Below are positions 1 to 9,792 of a DNA stretch of 64,000 bases, piece after piece. The stretch's first letter is position 1; each line of letters opens with the position of its first letter. The stretch comes from Nitrospirota bacterium (GTDB taxonomy: Bacteria; Nitrospirota; UBA9217): the NCBI GenBank assembly GCA_035516175.1, contig DATJAO010000038.1, positions 28,427 through 92,426 of the forward strand, given 5' to 3'. The notes beneath the pieces are model-generated. The model saw only the letters and a list, made by a program, of their open reading frames with translations, was not told the DNA's origin and did not search any database. The translations under genes were made by a program, and so were the position numbers.

Positions 1-446
1 TCGATGAAGTTGAAGGGTTGATCAACAAGGCAGGGTATGAATGTCAGCGGAGAACGAGGTTACAAGGGACAATCAAAGACGTGCTTCTTCTTGATACCAT
101 CGGCGAACTGCGTTCATTCTACGGTATCTGTGACCTTGCTTTCGTCGGTGGCAGCCTCGTCAAGGTCGGAGGCCATAATCTCCTAGAACCTGCGGCAATG
201 AAAAAACCTGTTATTTTCAGCCGTTATATGTTTAACTTTAAAGAAATATCTGAGGCCCTTATCTCTGCCGGCGGCGGTATACTCGTTAAAGATAAGGATG
301 AACTTTATGTTCAGGCCGAAAAGCTGTTGTCAGACAAAAACAATGCATGGCAAATCGGGAGCAAGGCGTTCACAGTAATCGAGGCAAATTCCGGGGCAAC
401 GAAAAGGACGATCGACGCTGTCTGCAAGCTCATACGTGAAAACTAA
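1..446 (+). CDS. waaA: 3-deoxy-D-manno-octulosonic acid (Kdo) transferase, C-terminal fragment; 5' end lies outside the window
   Basis: The frame is open from nt 3 with no stop before 446, so the gene starts upstream of the window. The track lists an internal TTG at 18. The C-terminus (GGHNLLEPAAMKKPVIFSRYMFNF...ISAGGGILVKDKDELY) matches the glycosyltransferase C-terminal region of KdtA/WaaA. lpxK lies immediately downstream, which is the conserved arrangement. Confidence 0.7.
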   Translation, partial: DEVEGLINKAGYECQRRTRLQGTIKDVLLLDTIGELRSFYGICDLAFVGGSLVKVGGHNLLEPAAMKKPVIFSRYMFNFKEISEALISAGGGILVKDKDELYVQAEKLLSDKNNAWQIGSKAFTVIEANSGATKRTIDAVCKLIREN

Positions 447-1515
447 AGCGCATTCTTATATCAAAGACGTCATATACGGGAGGAAAAAATCACTTTCCGT
501 TGGGGCGTTCCTGCGGCTGCTCTCTGTGTTTTACGCCCTCGCCATCCGTCTTCGCCACATGTTCTATGCCATCGGATTGTTTCGACGGCAAAGCCTGGCG
601 CTGAAGGTTATATCTGTCGGCAATATTACCCTTGGTGGCACAGGAAAAACGCCGACGGTGATACAAATAGCAGGACTGCTGCTTAAGAACCAGAGGCATC
701 CCGTAGTCATAAGCAGAGGATACGGAAGGGAAAATGAGTCTGACATCGTGGTCGTCTCTGACGGGCGGAACATCCTCGCAGACGCGAAGAAGGGTGGGGA
801 TGAGCCCGTTCTGATCAGCTCCGTGCTTTCGGGCGTCCCGGTTGTCGTAGGCAGTGACAGGTATATGGCCGCTGTTTTCGCACAACAGAGGTTCGACACC
901 GATACTGTCGTTCTTGATGACGGTTTTCAGCACATCCGCTTAAAGAGGGACCTTGACATCGTGCTGGTCGATGCCGTCGACCCGTTCGGGAACGGGAAGC
1001 TTTTTCCCGCAGGAGTATTGAGAGAACCGCTCACCGCGCTCACACGGGCGCATGTCGTACTCATTACCGCTGCGGATAAAGAGGAGGGACTGGAGGAGCT
1101 CAAACGCATCATCCGGCGGAACACAAGGGCAAGAATATTCACCGCGCGGCAGGTTCCTGCAGACATCACCGACATTACATCCGGTGATACCAGGCCGTAT
1201 ACTGCGCTTCGAGGGACAACCGTCCTCGCATTTTCGGGTATTGCACGGCCGGCATCGTTTACAACGCTCCTCCGCACGCTCGGCGCCGACATAAGGGCAG
1301 AGATTGCATATCCTGACCATCACGCCTATAATAAATCTGAGGTAACGGCACTGTTTAAGAAGGCTGCGGAGGCGAAAGTCAGCATGATCATCACTACGGA
1401 GAAGGACGCCGTGAAGCTAAAACCCTGGCACCCCGATGGCATTTGGGCGCTCAGGCTCGAGATGAATATAGTTGAGAACAATGAGTGGGAAGAGGTATTA
1501 TTACAAAGGTTATGA
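436..1515 (+). CDS. lpxK: Tetraacyldisaccharide 4'-kinase (lipid A biosynthesis)
   Basis: P-loop motif VGNITLGGTGKTP typical of LpxK. Length 359 aa. A GTG start overlaps the waaA stop by 11 nt, consistent with translational coupling. Confidence 0.9.
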   Translation: MKTKAHSYIKDVIYGRKKSLSVGAFLRLLSVFYALAIRLRHMFYAIGLFRRQSLALKVISVGNITLGGTGKTPTVIQIAGLLLKNQRHPVVISRGYGRENESDIVVVSDGRNILADAKKGGDEPVLISSVLSGVPVVVGSDRYMAAVFAQQRFDTDTVVLDDGFQHIRLKRDLDIVLVDAVDPFGNGKLFPAGVLREPLTALTRAHVVLITAADKEEGLEELKRIIRRNTRARIFTARQVPADITDITSGDTRPYTALRGTTVLAFSGIARPASFTTLLRTLGADIRAEIAYPDHHAYNKSEVTALFKKAAEAKVSMIITTEKDAVKLKPWHPDGIWALRLEMNIVENNEWEEVLLQRL

Positions 1516-2093
1516 ACAAGGCGGTGTTTCTCGACAGAGATGGTACGGTGAATGAGGAAGTGGGTTACCTCACAGACCTGAGCAGGCTTCGTCTTATCGC
1601 CGGAGCTGGTGCGGCGATCAAACGTCTGAACCACGCGGGCTACAGGGTGATCCTCGTAACGAACCAGTCGGGAGTGGCCAGGGGATATTTCCCGGAGTCC
1701 CTGGTTCATGAGGCGCATGAGCGTCTCACCAATATGCTGCGGGAGGAGGGAGCCGTCCTTGATGGTATCTATTACTGCCCGCACCATCCCAGTGCAGGCA
1801 ATGCGAACTATACCATGGCCTGCGATTGCAGAAAGCCGGGGACCGGTTTAATCGACAAAGCGGCGATGGACTTCGATATAGATATCAAGCGTTCATTTAT
1901 GATCGGGGATAAGTGGAGTGATGTTGAGCTTGCACAGCGGGCGGGTGTTCATGCTATACTGGTCATGAGCGGTTTTGCGCCCGATGATCCGGGGAATAAA
2001 AGACCGGATTACGTCCCGGACCCTGACTATACCGCGGCTAATATTGCGGAGGCTGTGGACTGGATCATACGCCGCGAACCGGTTAAGAAATAA
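1512..2093 (+). CDS. gmhB: D-glycero-beta-D-manno-heptose-1,7-bisphosphate 7-phosphatase (HAD superfamily)
   Basis: HAD motif I FLDRDGTVN. HisB-like CxHxxxxxCxC zinc loop (CPHHP...CDCRKP). The ATG overlaps the lpxK TGA (ATGA). Start chosen at MNKAVFLDRDG inside track ORF 1485..2093. Confidence 0.85.
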   Translation: MNKAVFLDRDGTVNEEVGYLTDLSRLRLIAGAGAAIKRLNHAGYRVILVTNQSGVARGYFPESLVHEAHERLTNMLREEGAVLDGIYYCPHHPSAGNANYTMACDCRKPGTGLIDKAAMDFDIDIKRSFMIGDKWSDVELAQRAGVHAILVMSGFAPDDPGNKRPDYVPDPDYTAANIAEAVDWIIRREPVKK

Positions 2094-2111
2094 AGAGCGG
2101 CTTTCCGCAAG

Positions 2112-3290
2112 ATGGATGTTGGCCAGGTTTTCATTATGAAAAAGCCCATCACTCTCGACCGCAAATCGCTTTTTGCGAACAGGTGCAGGATCGTTATTAA
2201 AGTCGGCAGCGCGGTTCTTGCATCGTCCGAATCGGGGCTCGATGAAGCACGCATAGGGCGGCTCGCATCGGAGATCGCGGCTCTCATGGAGCAGGGCCGG
2301 GAGATACTCCTCGTTTCGTCGGGCGCGATAGCTGCAGGCCTCGCAAAGCTCGGTATCACCAAAAAGAAGGGGATGCCGCTTTCGGTGAAACAGGCTGCGG
2401 CGGCCATCGGCCAGTCGGGCCTCATGTGGATGTATGAGAAGACCTTCGGCGCATATGGCAGAAAGGTCGCCCAGGTGCTCCTGACACGTGAAGATCTCTC
2501 GAACCGGACCCGATTTTTAAATGCGAGAAACACGCTCCAGACGTTGCTCGGTTACGGCGTTGTTCCGGTCATTAATGAAAATGACACGGTATCCGTGGAC
2601 GAGATCAAGTTCGGCGACAATGACAACCTCTCGGGCATGGTCGTACATCTTGCCGACGCTGACCTGCTCGTCATTCTCTCTGACATCGATGGCCTCTATA
2701 CTGCTGATCCCAAGCTTGATCCTTCCGCGGAGCTTGTCCCTGTTGTCGAGAAGATTACAGCAGAACTAGAGCGCGTGGCTGGGGACGCGCAGACACTCGT
2801 GGGCACGGGCGGCATGCGTTCCAAGATCATGACCGCGAAGAAGGTCGGCGCCTTCGGCGCGCCCATGGTGATCGTGAACGGGAAAAAGCCGGGTATTCTC
2901 CAGACACTATTCGATGGAAAGCAGGTTGGCACGCTTTTCCTGCCGAAGCTCGAGAAGCAGCATAGTCGCAAGCACTGGATCGCATATACAGTCTGTACAG
3001 CCGGCAAAGTCGTAGTTGATAATGGAGCGCGCGAAGCGCTCGTGAGTAAGGGGAAAAGCCTTCTGCCTGGCGGTGTGGTCCGGGTGGAAGGGAATTTCAA
3101 GTTAGGAGATTGCGTGGCCTGTGTCGATCTCAAGGGCATTGAGTTCGCGCGAGGGCTCACCAAGTATTCCTCGACAGATCTTGACAGGATCAAGGGACTC
3201 AAGACTTCACAGATCGAGCCCATTCTCGGGCATAAGGACTATGATGAGGTGATCCACCGGGATGATATGGTAATACTGTCGCATCAATGA
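2112..3290 (+). CDS. proB: Glutamate 5-kinase with C-terminal PUA domain
   Basis: N-terminal IVIKVGSAVL aspartokinase-fold motif. C-terminal PUA-like segment (GKVVVDNGAREALVSKGKSLLPGGV). Followed by proA. The true start may be the internal MKKPITL at 2136. Confidence 0.9.
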   Translation: MDVGQVFIMKKPITLDRKSLFANRCRIVIKVGSAVLASSESGLDEARIGRLASEIAALMEQGREILLVSSGAIAAGLAKLGITKKKGMPLSVKQAAAAIGQSGLMWMYEKTFGAYGRKVAQVLLTREDLSNRTRFLNARNTLQTLLGYGVVPVINENDTVSVDEIKFGDNDNLSGMVVHLADADLLVILSDIDGLYTADPKLDPSAELVPVVEKITAELERVAGDAQTLVGTGGMRSKIMTAKKVGAFGAPMVIVNGKKPGILQTLFDGKQVGTLFLPKLEKQHSRKHWIAYTVCTAGKVVVDNGAREALVSKGKSLLPGGVVRVEGNFKLGDCVACVDLKGIEFARGLTKYSSTDLDRIKGLKTSQIEPILGHKDYDEVIHRDDMVILSHQ

Positions 3291-3305
3291 AAATTAAAAG
3301 AGGTA

Positions 3306-3827
3306 ATGCGAAAGTTGAGAATAAAAAAAATCCTATGTGTTACGCTGCTGCAATTCCTGCTCTTCTCTTCAGCCTTTGCGCTCACGGTCAATGATCCTGC
3401 GCCTATGTTCTCGCTCCGGGACATCAAAGAGAAAGATTTTTATCTGAGCGACCTTGTGGGCCCAACAAAAAAAGAGAACAGCAACGGCGTTATCCTGAGC
3501 TTCTTTGCCTCCTGGTGCACGCCGTGCAGAAACGAGCTCAAGATCATCAACTCGCTCGTAGATGAGATGAAAGATAAAGGCATCGAGATCGTCATCGTAG
3601 GGTTCAAAGAAGATCCCGACACGATTGGGACGCTGCTCGCTGAACTGAAAGTTAACAAGCCGGTTGTCCTGTGCGACCGGGATGGCAAGGTCGGTGAAAC
3701 TTATGGGGTCAGATTTCTACCAACAACATTTTTCATCGGATCGGATGGAATAGTGAAGAACGTCGCCTTCGGCGAGATCAAGGATGAAAGAGAGTTGAGG
3801 GAGAAGGCAGGTAAACTCTCGAAATAA
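3306..3827 (+). CDS. TlpA/ResA-like periplasmic thiol:disulfide oxidoreductase (thioredoxin fold)
   Basis: N-terminal signal peptide. WCTPC active-site motif in a thioredoxin-fold context. 173 aa. Confidence 0.75.
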   Translation: MRKLRIKKILCVTLLQFLLFSSAFALTVNDPAPMFSLRDIKEKDFYLSDLVGPTKKENSNGVILSFFASWCTPCRNELKIINSLVDEMKDKGIEIVIVGFKEDPDTIGTLLAELKVNKPVVLCDRDGKVGETYGVRFLPTTFFIGSDGIVKNVAFGEIKDERELREKAGKLSK

Positions 3828-3851
3828 TCATGCAAATGACAGGAGGTACTT

Positions 3852-5108
3852 TTGGATATCAAGCAGTATGTATTGGAAAAGGCAAAAAGGGCCAAAACGG
3901 CATCACGGTCGCTGGCCAACATCTCGACCGAAATAAAAAACAATGCGCTCTTCAAAATGGCGGCGGGGCTCGAGAGGGAAGCTGATAAACTTATCGCCGA
4001 GAACAAAAAGGACCTGACGGCGGCAGAGAAGAAAGGGCTGTCAAAGGCCATGATCGACCGGCTGACCTTGAACCCCGATCGAATCAAAGCCATGGCAGAC
4101 GGCCTCCGTGAGGTAGCGGCGCTCCCGGATCCCGTGGGCGAGGTGCTCAGGATGTGGCGCAGGCCGAACGGCATGGAGGTGGGCAGGATGCGCGTACCCA
4201 TCGGGCTTATCGGCATCATTTATGAATCCCGGCCCAATGTGACTGCGGATTCGGCCGCGCTCTGTCTCAAATCCGGTAACGCAGTCTTGCTCCGCGGAGG
4301 CTCCGAGGCTGTGCATTCCAACACCGCAATCGTCGAGGTGCTCTCAAAGGCAGGTGCTGAAGCAGGTATCCCCGAAGGAGCGGTTTCATTCATCGAGAAC
4401 CCCGACCGGACCTGCGTCATGGAAATGCTCAAACTCAATCAATTCATCGACCTCATCATCCCACGCGGCGGTGAGGGGCTCATACGTATGGTATCGGACA
4501 ACTCAACGATACCGGTCATCAAGCACGATAAAGGCATCTGCCATGTGTACGTTGACAGCAAGGCTGATCTCAAAATGGCGGAGGAAATATGTTTCAACGC
4601 CAAGGTCCAGCGGCCGGGCACCTGTAATGCCATGGAGACAATGCTCGTGCATCAGGACGTGGCCAAAACATTCCTTCCAGCCATCATCGGCCGGATGAAA
4701 AAAGCCGGCGTCGAGATCCGTGGATGTGAGAAGACCAGGGCGATCGTGCCCGATATCAAGGCGGCCACGGACAAGGACTGGGACACGGAGTATAACGACC
4801 TGATCCTGAACGTAAAGGTTATCGAAAGCATGGAGGCTGCGATGGAGCATATTGCAGCGCATGGGTCGCAGCATTCGGAAGCCATTATCTCCAATGATTA
4901 CCAAAATGCACGCCGTTTCCAGCGAGAAGTCGACGCCTCTGCTGTATTCGTGAACGCCTCCACGCGACTGAACGACGGCTTTGAGTTCGGTCTCGGTGCT
5001 GAGATCGGCATATCAACAACCAGGATCCATGCTCGCGGGCCAATGGGTTTGGAAGAGCTCACATCGACCAAGTTTATTGTGTCCGGGAACGGACAAATCA
5101 GAAAGTAG
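3852..5108 (+). CDS. proA: Gamma-glutamyl phosphate reductase
   Basis: 418 aa aldehyde-dehydrogenase-like protein. ProA-typical segments (IPRGGEGLIRMV, catalytic-Cys region GTCNAMETMLVH). GGAGG RBS 6 nt upstream of a TTG start. Sits after proB. Confidence 0.9.
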   Translation: MDIKQYVLEKAKRAKTASRSLANISTEIKNNALFKMAAGLEREADKLIAENKKDLTAAEKKGLSKAMIDRLTLNPDRIKAMADGLREVAALPDPVGEVLRMWRRPNGMEVGRMRVPIGLIGIIYESRPNVTADSAALCLKSGNAVLLRGGSEAVHSNTAIVEVLSKAGAEAGIPEGAVSFIENPDRTCVMEMLKLNQFIDLIIPRGGEGLIRMVSDNSTIPVIKHDKGICHVYVDSKADLKMAEEICFNAKVQRPGTCNAMETMLVHQDVAKTFLPAIIGRMKKAGVEIRGCEKTRAIVPDIKAATDKDWDTEYNDLILNVKVIESMEAAMEHIAAHGSQHSEAIISNDYQNARRFQREVDASAVFVNASTRLNDGFEFGLGAEIGISTTRIHARGPMGLEELTSTKFIVSGNGQIRK

Positions 5109-5215
5109 TCAAGAGTTTAATGGGTCAAGCGTCTATGGGAGATGAGAGACGAGTGAGTAATTTAATAAACGCTTGGGGCTCTCTAAACTCTTCAGACTGA
5201 TCATCAGGAGAGCAA

Positions 5216-5875
5216 TTGGCACAGAAATTCGCCATCCTCGGCGGTACATTCAATCCCATACACTATGGTCATCTTGCAGCAGCGGAAGAGATCCGTGACA
5301 GATTAAAGCTGGAGCGGGTTCTGTTCATTCCCTCCTATCTTCCTCCGCACAAGCACGAAGAAGACATGCCGTCGGCCATCCAGCGTCTTGAAATGGTGCG
5401 CCTTGCGACTGCCGGCAATCCTCACTTTACGGTTTCTGACATCGAAGTAAAGCGCGGAGGAAAGTCCTATACCGTTGAGACAGTGAAGGCATTGCGCACG
5501 ATGCATCCGGAAACGGAATTCTACTTTATTACAGGTCTTGACTCATTTCTTGAAATCCGGACATGGAATCAATGGGAGCGGCTTCTCAGGCTGTGCAGTT
5601 TTGTTGTGCTTTCGAGACCAGGCTACCGGTTTGCCGACCTCGCGAAAATCGATTTCATGAAAGGGACTGCCAAAGAACTTGCGGGACTGGACAACGGTGA
5701 ACTGGTGCACGCGGTATTCCAGCCGGAAGGTTTCAATATCTGCATGGAAATGATCCCTCTCTACGACATATCATCAACCGATATCCGGAACAGAATCCGT
5801 GAATCCAGGACCGTTAAATATCACTTGCCTGAAGCCGTCGAAAACTATATAATAAAAAACAAGTTATATGCATAA
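5216..5875 (+). CDS. nadD: Nicotinate-nucleotide adenylyltransferase
   Basis: Nucleotidyltransferase motif GGTFNPIHYGHL at the N-terminus. 219 aa. Conserved position upstream of rsfS. Confidence 0.9.
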   Translation: MAQKFAILGGTFNPIHYGHLAAAEEIRDRLKLERVLFIPSYLPPHKHEEDMPSAIQRLEMVRLATAGNPHFTVSDIEVKRGGKSYTVETVKALRTMHPETEFYFITGLDSFLEIRTWNQWERLLRLCSFVVLSRPGYRFADLAKIDFMKGTAKELAGLDNGELVHAVFQPEGFNICMEMIPLYDISSTDIRNRIRESRTVKYHLPEAVENYIIKNKLYA

Positions 5876-6245
5876 TTCGTTTGAAGATGCGCAGCTGTGC
5901 GCAGAGGCTGCGGACAACAAGAAAGCATTCGATATCATTATTCTCGACCTCCGCGAGCTCACCTACATAACCGATTATTTCGTTATCTGTTCGGGGAGCA
6001 ATACCACGCAGGTATCTGCCATCTCAGACTGGATCGGCCAGACTCTCGCGAAGACCGGAGCTCATCCTTCTCATATAGAGGGGCAGGCGGAATCGAGCTG
6101 GGTGCTCATGGACTACGGAGATTTCGTCGTACACATTTTCGATGAGCAGACCAGAGCATATTACGCCTTGGAGAAGCTCTGGGGAGATGCCGCCAAGGTG
6201 CCTTTTACATCCCGGCTCAAGGCCCTGCAGGGCACCACTCCATGA
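5868..6245 (+). CDS. rsfS: Ribosome silencing factor RsfS (Iojap family)
   Basis: 125 aa. Iojap-like core (FDIIILDLRELTYITDYFVICSG...HIFDEQTRAYYALEKLW). Conserved nadD-rsfS-rlmH order. Confidence 0.85.
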   Translation: MHNSFEDAQLCAEAADNKKAFDIIILDLRELTYITDYFVICSGSNTTQVSAISDWIGQTLAKTGAHPSHIEGQAESSWVLMDYGDFVVHIFDEQTRAYYALEKLWGDAAKVPFTSRLKALQGTTP

Positions 6246-6712
6246 AACTGCGCATCATCTGCATGGGGAAAACCAGGGAACGCTTTATCCAGGAAGGGAT
6301 TCAGAAATATCTGCGATACCTGAAGCCGTATGCAGGCATAGAAATGCTGGAGCTCAAAGAGGAGAAAATTAAGGACCTTAAAAATGCTCCGATCGTGAGG
6401 AAGAAGGAAGCCGAAAAGATATTCAGATCCCTCCCGGAAGGAACGTTCTTGGCGACATTGGATGAGCGGGGAGAAGAATTCACTTCTCATGAGTTTGCAG
6501 GATTCATGAACGCTATCATGGAGTCCGGCGTGAGGGAAGTAGTGTTCGTAATCGGTGGTGCAATGGGGCTGGATGAGCAGGTTACGGTGCGCGCGAACAA
6601 GGTGATTGCGATGTCCCGCTGGACACTCACCCATGAGATGGCGAGGCTTGTGCTGCTGGAGCAAATCTACCGGGCGTTTACAATTATCAAGGGTAAGACA
6701 TATCACCACTAA
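6242..6712 (+). CDS. rlmH: 23S rRNA (pseudouridine1915-N3)-methyltransferase, SPOUT family
   Basis: 156 aa. MKLRIICMGK start. C-terminal SPOUT region (VVFVIGGAMGLDEQV...MSRWTLTHEMARLVLLEQIYRA). 4-nt overlap with the rsfS stop. Confidence 0.85.
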   Translation: MKLRIICMGKTRERFIQEGIQKYLRYLKPYAGIEMLELKEEKIKDLKNAPIVRKKEAEKIFRSLPEGTFLATLDERGEEFTSHEFAGFMNAIMESGVREVVFVIGGAMGLDEQVTVRANKVIAMSRWTLTHEMARLVLLEQIYRAFTIIKGKTYHH

Positions 6713-6778
6713 GACTGGTCGGCACCCCGGTTATCCACCGCCCGATCGGGTTTATTTCTATATGAGAAAGGATCAGGG

Positions 6779-8086
6779 ATGAGATTCTTCGTTTCAATTC
6801 TGATAATCCTGCTGCTGGTACTCGTGGTCCTCCTGAGGGAGTTCAATCAGGAGATCATCACGTTCCACCTCCTTCCCTCCAAGTCCTACGAGATTTCCAA
6901 GTCGACGCTCTTTCTCATTTCACTCTCCATCGGGGCTGGGGTCATTTTCATCCTCTACCTGCTGCGCGATGTTAAACGGTTCCTCCGCGGTCTCAGCGTG
7001 CAGCGCGAGCAGAAGAAACGTTCCAAGATTCAGGAACTTTACACCAAAGGTCTCAACTCCCTGCTTGCAAAGCGAAACCCCGAGGCCATGAGCTTCTTTC
7101 AGAAGGTGCTCGCCATCGATCCAGACCACGTCGACACGCTTCTCCGCATGGGCATCGGTCTGCTCCGCGAGAAGAATCCGCAGGAAGCCATCCTTCTGCA
7201 TCAGAAGGCCCTGAGCCTGGACAGTGACAACCAGGAAGTTATGTTCTCTCTCGCAGCTGATTATGAAGAGGCGAAACGTTATGACGAGGCCCTTAAGGTA
7301 TATAAAGAGATCCTCTCCAGAGACTCATCCAACCTTACTGCCCTGATCAGGATGCGCGATTTGTACCAGCGACTCAACTATTGGGAGGATCTATACGAGA
7401 CACAGCGCCAACTCCTAGCCAACCCACTCTCACCGTCTGAACAGGAGGTGGAACACCGCAAACTCGTCGGGTTCAAGTACGAGTTCGGCCGTTCCCAGCT
7501 CGAGGCGGGAGACCGGGAACGTGCACGGAGAACATTTCGCGGTGTCATCAAGCTCGACAAGGATTTTATCCCAGCCTATCTGGGACTCGGTGAGGTTTAC
7601 CTTGAAGAAGATAAGGTCAAGGAAGCAGCCGAGCTCTGGGAAAAGGCATATAAGATGACGTCCTCGACCCTGCTGCTCCACCGTCTTGAAGATCTCTATT
7701 TAAAGCAGGGGGAGCCAGGCAAGGTGATAGAAATCTACAAACAAGCTGTCAATTGGAAGCCTCAAGACATCACGCTCACGTTTTTCCTCGGGAAGCTATA
7801 CTATCGTCTTGAGATGGTCGACGAGGCATTTGATATCCTGTCCTCCGTGGACTGGGGAGATAAGGATTTTCCCGATGTACACAAACTGCTCGGGAACATC
7901 TACTTGCGCAGAGGCTCTCTGGGACTGGCCGCCTCAGAATTCAAAAAAGCGCTCGGTTTCCGAAAACAGATTATCATTCCCTATGTGTGTTCCAACTGCA
8001 AACTGCGAACCACAGACTGGTCCGGCCGCTGCCCGAACTGCGGCAAGTGGAACACCTTGGGCGTGAATCTCGAAAAGACCTGTTAA
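6779..8086 (+). CDS. lapB: LPS assembly regulator: LapA-like double-TM N-terminus fused to LapB/YciM-like TPR protein with C-terminal rubredoxin-type zinc ribbon
   Basis: Residues 1-65 carry two hydrophobic helices flanking NQEIITFHLLPSKSYEISKSTLFLISLSIGAGVIF, which closely resembles the LapA/YciS DUF1049 core. These are followed by multiple TPR repeats and a terminal CSNC...CPNC Cys4 motif, as in LapB. The gene sits close to the LPS genes. Confidence 0.7.
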   Translation: MRFFVSILIILLLVLVVLLREFNQEIITFHLLPSKSYEISKSTLFLISLSIGAGVIFILYLLRDVKRFLRGLSVQREQKKRSKIQELYTKGLNSLLAKRNPEAMSFFQKVLAIDPDHVDTLLRMGIGLLREKNPQEAILLHQKALSLDSDNQEVMFSLAADYEEAKRYDEALKVYKEILSRDSSNLTALIRMRDLYQRLNYWEDLYETQRQLLANPLSPSEQEVEHRKLVGFKYEFGRSQLEAGDRERARRTFRGVIKLDKDFIPAYLGLGEVYLEEDKVKEAAELWEKAYKMTSSTLLLHRLEDLYLKQGEPGKVIEIYKQAVNWKPQDITLTFFLGKLYYRLEMVDEAFDILSSVDWGDKDFPDVHKLLGNIYLRRGSLGLAASEFKKALGFRKQIIIPYVCSNCKLRTTDWSGRCPNCGKWNTLGVNLEKTC

Positions 8087-8238
8087 AAGCAGTAAATCCC
8101 ACGCATTATGCTTCTCTAACAGACAGGCTCCATAGGTAACCCAAGACCGTTTTGCACATTATTTACTCACTCGTATGAAGATGCTATGTGAGATTGTGAT
8201 CCCCGGATCTGAACTTTCTCATGGGATAAGGAGTTTGG

Positions 8239-9792
8239 ATGTTCGATAAACGGGTAGTGTTGATCGTTCTGGACGGCTGGGGAATCAATACGGCCAAAAA
8301 GGCAAATGCAATCGCCGAGGCGCGTGCCCCAATCTATGAAAGTTTTCTCAGAGACTGGCCGCACACCCAGCTCCAGGCTTCAGGCGAGGCCGTAGGTCTC
8401 CCCGACGGACAGATGGGGAACTCCGAAGTCGGTCATCTGAATCTCGGAGCGGGAAGGATCGTGTATCAGGATTCGACTCGCATCAGCAAAGCGATCAGAG
8501 ATGGGGAATTCTTCAAGAACCCTGTCCTGCTTTCCGCAATGGAGTCCGTAAAGCAGTCCAACAGAACGCTCCATCTTATGGGACTTCTTTCGGACGGAGG
8601 AGTGCACAGCCGTCTTGACCATATCTTCGCGCTTTTTGACATGGTGAAGGCGCAGGGAATCACGGACGTATATTTCCACGCATTTCTTGATGGCAGGGAC
8701 ACGCCGCCTTCAAGCGCCATAGAGTTCATTACCATGCTGGAGGAGCATTTCTCTAAAATCGGTATCGGCGCAATTGCCACGGTCTCGGGCCGCTACTACG
8801 CGATGGATCGGGACAAACGATGGGAGCGCGTGCAAAAAGCATATGAGGCCATGGTCATGGGAGAGGGCATTAGGAAGTATTCGGCCGTCGAAGCGGTGAA
8901 ACAGAGCTACGAACACAAAAGAACCGATGAATTTATGATCCCGACTGTCATACTTAAACCAAAAACGAACCGCCCCCTTGCCACGATGCAGAGCGGGGAT
9001 TCGGTGATCTTCTGCAATTTTCGTTCTGACCGTGCGAGAGAAATCACCCGGGCGCTTACCGACTCCGAATTCCAGGGCTTCAAACGGCAGACGTTCCCGA
9101 AACTCTCTTCCTTCGTTTGTCTTACGACGTATGATGAGACCTTCTCCCTGCCGGTAGCCTTTGCACCTGTGAAGCTTACCAATATTCTGGGAGAGATCTT
9201 GAGTTCACACGGGGTGAGACAACTCCGCATCGCCGAGACCGAGAAATATGCACATGTCACATTTTTCTTCAATGGCGGAGAAGAATCCCCGTTTCCGCTG
9301 GAAGACCGGATACTGATCCCGTCTCCTCGCGACGTCGCTACGTATGATAAAAAACCTGAAATGAGCGCACGGGAAATCACCGATGCACTTGTCAAAAACA
9401 TCACATCGGGACAATATGGCTTTATTCTGACGAATTATGCAAACCCTGATATGGTCGGTCACACAGGCGTGCTTGAGGCTGCAATAAAGGCAGTTGAGGT
9501 TTTGGATGAGTGCCTGGGCAGGGTGTTCCGCGCCGCGCAGGAAGCGGGCGCATGCGTGCTCATTACTGCGGACCACGGTAACCTCGAGATGATGTCGGAT
9601 CCTTCGACTGGACAGCCACACACGGCCCATACAACCGACCCCGTGCCGTTTATCGTGATCAAGGAAAAAGTCAATCTCAGAAAAGACGGCATTCTCGCCG
9701 ATGTGGCCCCGACCGTGCTTGATCTCCTCGGTATTGAGAAGCCAGCGGACATGACGGGAAGCAGTTTGATTCTGACATCCTCCCCGGCCTGA
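8239..9792 (+). CDS. gpmI: 2,3-bisphosphoglycerate-independent phosphoglycerate mutase
   Basis: 517 aa. iPGM motifs: VVLIVLDGWG, GQMGNSEVGHLNLGAGR, ITADHGN. Confidence 0.9.
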   Translation: MFDKRVVLIVLDGWGINTAKKANAIAEARAPIYESFLRDWPHTQLQASGEAVGLPDGQMGNSEVGHLNLGAGRIVYQDSTRISKAIRDGEFFKNPVLLSAMESVKQSNRTLHLMGLLSDGGVHSRLDHIFALFDMVKAQGITDVYFHAFLDGRDTPPSSAIEFITMLEEHFSKIGIGAIATVSGRYYAMDRDKRWERVQKAYEAMVMGEGIRKYSAVEAVKQSYEHKRTDEFMIPTVILKPKTNRPLATMQSGDSVIFCNFRSDRAREITRALTDSEFQGFKRQTFPKLSSFVCLTTYDETFSLPVAFAPVKLTNILGEILSSHGVRQLRIAETEKYAHVTFFFNGGEESPFPLEDRILIPSPRDVATYDKKPEMSAREITDALVKNITSGQYGFILTNYANPDMVGHTGVLEAAIKAVEVLDECLGRVFRAAQEAGACVLITADHGNLEMMSDPSTGQPHTAHTTDPVPFIVIKEKVNLRKDGILADVAPTVLDLLGIEKPADMTGSSLILTSSPA

